Notes under the pieces: model-generated
What the model saw: only the letters and a program-made list of their open reading frames with translations
What the model was told of the DNA's origin: nothing
Databases searched by the model: none
NCBI RefSeq assembly: GCF_963676685.1
Contig: NC_092345.1
Span: 75,950,001-76,014,000, forward strand
DNA from: Mytilus edulis
Taxonomy: Eukaryota
Direction: 5' to 3'
DNA: 64,000 nt
Made by a program: the position numbers and the translations under genes
Shown: positions 61,616 through 64,000 of the stretch, piece after piece
Position numbering within the stretch: position 1 is the first letter of the stretch
Layout of the letters: each line of letters starts with the position of its first letter

Positions 61616-62507
61616 TCAAAGCCAAACATTTGAAATCCGAAGATGGATAAGTACCGAAAATCGTTGAAGAGCTATATGTTAAAAATACCTAAAATAAATT
61701 GCCAAATTCATCTAAAGCCAACTTTGGCTGAGGGAGTTGAAACTTATAAAATTATTTTGAAACCATAAGAATGAAAAATTATTGTTTCCCTTTTGGGACA
61801 TATTATATACTTAGGATAAAAAAGAAAACACGGTTTTCAGAATTTAAAACTATCGTATGCACAAATAAGTTGTGGCACACATGATTGACTTATCATTTAT
61901 GAACTGGTTATTAAAACATCAAATATACAAAAGCGCTGCATAGGATATTGACCGGCAGCAGTAACTACGTAAAGGTAGATATAAAGTTCAATCCAGATCA
62001 AACATTTGGGACGCAAAATTATTAGAATTGGTAATAACTTCATTTTGAAGTGCAACATTCTACCCAACTGTAAATAATAAAGAAGGATAGTCAGGACTAT
62101 AGTTTTCACAATTTTAATATCACATCAGTATGCATTTTGTTGATGCTATTGCGTTATGAAATACCTGATTCGCATACCATGAAAAGTATTACTATAGAGT
62201 TTAATGCGTTTAAAACACATTAACATTTTATATTTAAAATTAATAAATTATCTACCATCTAATTATAAAAATCAAGCCCATCTGTGTTATATCAATATTA
62301 GAACTTCTAATTAGCAGTATAAAATGTGTGTTCTTCCCATGGCGGGATCTTAAAAATATGCTTCTATATGTACAAGGAAATAAACTCATTAAATTACTTG
62401 GATATAGTTGTCTCTCATATATCTCATACTAAATATTACTTATTATTAAATTATTATCTCTGTTATAATTGATATTATGTTTTTAGATTTCAGTCCGTGG
62501 GAGCATG

Positions 62508-63783
62508 TTATCTCTGGTATAACTCTGTTAACGTCGTGTTCTTTAGAGGATGAATAAAATCCTTTCCTGACAAATCTGTATAATTAGTACATTCTTTGAT
62601 AGCAGAATTAGCAACCTAAAAATTGAAAAATATATGATAATTAGTAAAAGAAAGAGAGACAGTCAAACTGCAGATGAACAATAAGCCAATTTTATGATGA
62701 CGTTTTCGAGAACATTTCGGCCTAATCGAAAGTCAAATTCAAATTCTTTATTACCTTGAACTTAACAGTCCATCTTTGTCAATACAAAATTTCAAAGTAA
62801 ACAAGTAAACAGACAAAGAATGTTAATTTTATGATATTGTCCATGACTTTTAAAAATGCAGTAAAAATGTATTTTCCTAAATTGGTTAACTGTTTGATGT
62901 TCTTTAAACTTAAAAGTTCAATAAATTTAAACACACCTGGTCTAGACTTAATAAATTTTACTATAAGCTCCTTATATTTCGGACACACTAAAATTAAATG
63001 GAATACGTATTCAATACACTGATGGCAAATTGTTCATATACGACATAACAACTCCATGCTTTAGTCTGTAATCAATTATATTTTTTTTCTAACAAAACAA
63101 TTTCAAAAGTCTAAAGTACCTTTTCTAAAGGAGTATACTGTGGATGATGATGTACCATTGTTGGGTTGTTTGAAGCTCTGTTGTAGGTCATTATGTAGGC
63201 CCATCTTCTCAAATCACTTTTGTTGGCACTACTGTGATGAATTGTATTGCAGTGGAAAAACAGAGCATCTCCTTCAAAAACGTTAGAGAAAAAAGAATTT
63301 ACTTCCAAACATGTTCCTTCATTTCAAATTAATCGTGTCGTCTTACCTTAGATTTGTGCACAGAATTTTTTTTTTACCCTATTTATGAGCTTGATAATCA
63401 GCGTATATGTAGGTTTTCGTTTCTAATGTTAAAATTATCAGTTACAATACTTCTATACATGCATTTTCTTAATTATATTTGTTTCAGCATTACATTTAAA
63501 AGTATTTAATAGTAAACTACCCACACAATCTATTTAATTCTAGATATTTAAGATTTTTTTCTTTTTTTTAATTTATTTAAAATAAAGAATTATAGAATTC
63601 ATGCACTAGTATCTGTTTCGATAATCTCTTTCCCCCCCATACATTTCACTAACCTGGATTCATTTCCATGTAGTGGTGAGGACATCTCTCTCTTATCAGG
63701 TCCACACGTGATTTCAGACCGACGTATTGTCCATCAAATGGATGGTGTTCAATTCTTCCACATTTATGAGATCCACTAAGAAT
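62508..63783 (-). CDS. PhyH-family dioxygenase paralog B, last three coding exons (5' part beyond the window)
   Basis: Exons 63783-63654 (130 nt), 63271-63120 (152 nt) and 62615-62508 match paralog A exons 7-9 in phase, and the first two match in length. [13 protein letters not shown]...PGDALFFHCNTIHHSSANKSDLRRWAY...[23 protein letters not shown]. Confidence 0.92.
62775..63050 (-). mobile_element. Old LINE ORF2 C-terminal fragment
   Basis: IEYVFHLILVCPKYKEL...FKFIELL...LGKYI resembles the C-terminal zinc-knuckle region of non-LTR ORF2. Confidence 0.5.
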
Positions 63784-64000
63784 CTATAATGATAGTATAT
63801 GTTCTATGAGGTCTCGATAGGGTCTTACGACTTGGGACTTATAATGTTCGGTTGTACAGTTTGCTGGACATACTATAATTGACATTGAAGACCTGTTGGT
63901 GACCTTCTGCTGTTGTCTTTTCTATGGTCGGGTTGTTGTCTCTTTGACACATTACCCATTTCCATTCTCAATTTTATAACATTTCTAGGTGAGAATTGAA

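Noticed and set aside
62508-63783. Apparent scrambled exon order of a single dioxygenase gene
   Set aside because: Paralog A has its own exons 7-9 at 52869-51340, so these exons belong to a second, upstream paralog.

Overview
AT-rich, intron-rich animal genomic DNA. The repeat content looks like a bivalve, probably Mytilus, but this is inferred from repeat families and not proven. There are two assembly gaps (about 34560-34992 and 40123-40276). Host genes, rebuilt by hand from GT-AG boundaries and reading phase: the last three coding exons of MAPKAP1/SIN1 (+); a complete 15-exon SCFD2 (-, 666 aa); a class A GPCR with a single coding exon (+); a GT31 brainiac-like glycosyltransferase exon (+); a complete 9-exon PhyH-family Fe(II)/2-oxoglutarate dioxygenase (-, 286 aa); and the 3' three exons of a tandem paralog of that dioxygenase. 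Mobile DNA: a 5'-truncated CR1-type LINE with an uninterrupted RT frame, a decayed Naiad-type Penelope-like element (N-terminal GIY-YIG, CxC linker, RT), an Academ-like transposase relic, several Helentron/pearl-type non-autonomous elements, SINE-like repeats, and TIR elements with 5-, 6- and TTAA target-site duplications. Most notable: (1) a tandem array of ~530-610-bp units carrying type I hammerhead ribozymes (non-LTR retrozyme-like) just upstream of the GT31 exon, plus other hammerhead motifs; (2) a ~40-copy 40-bp minisatellite built from an SCFD2 exon end and its own splice donor, which creates an array of decoy 5' splice sites; (3) a minisatellite with higher-order structure expanding inside a MITE that has an unexpanded sibling in the same gene.
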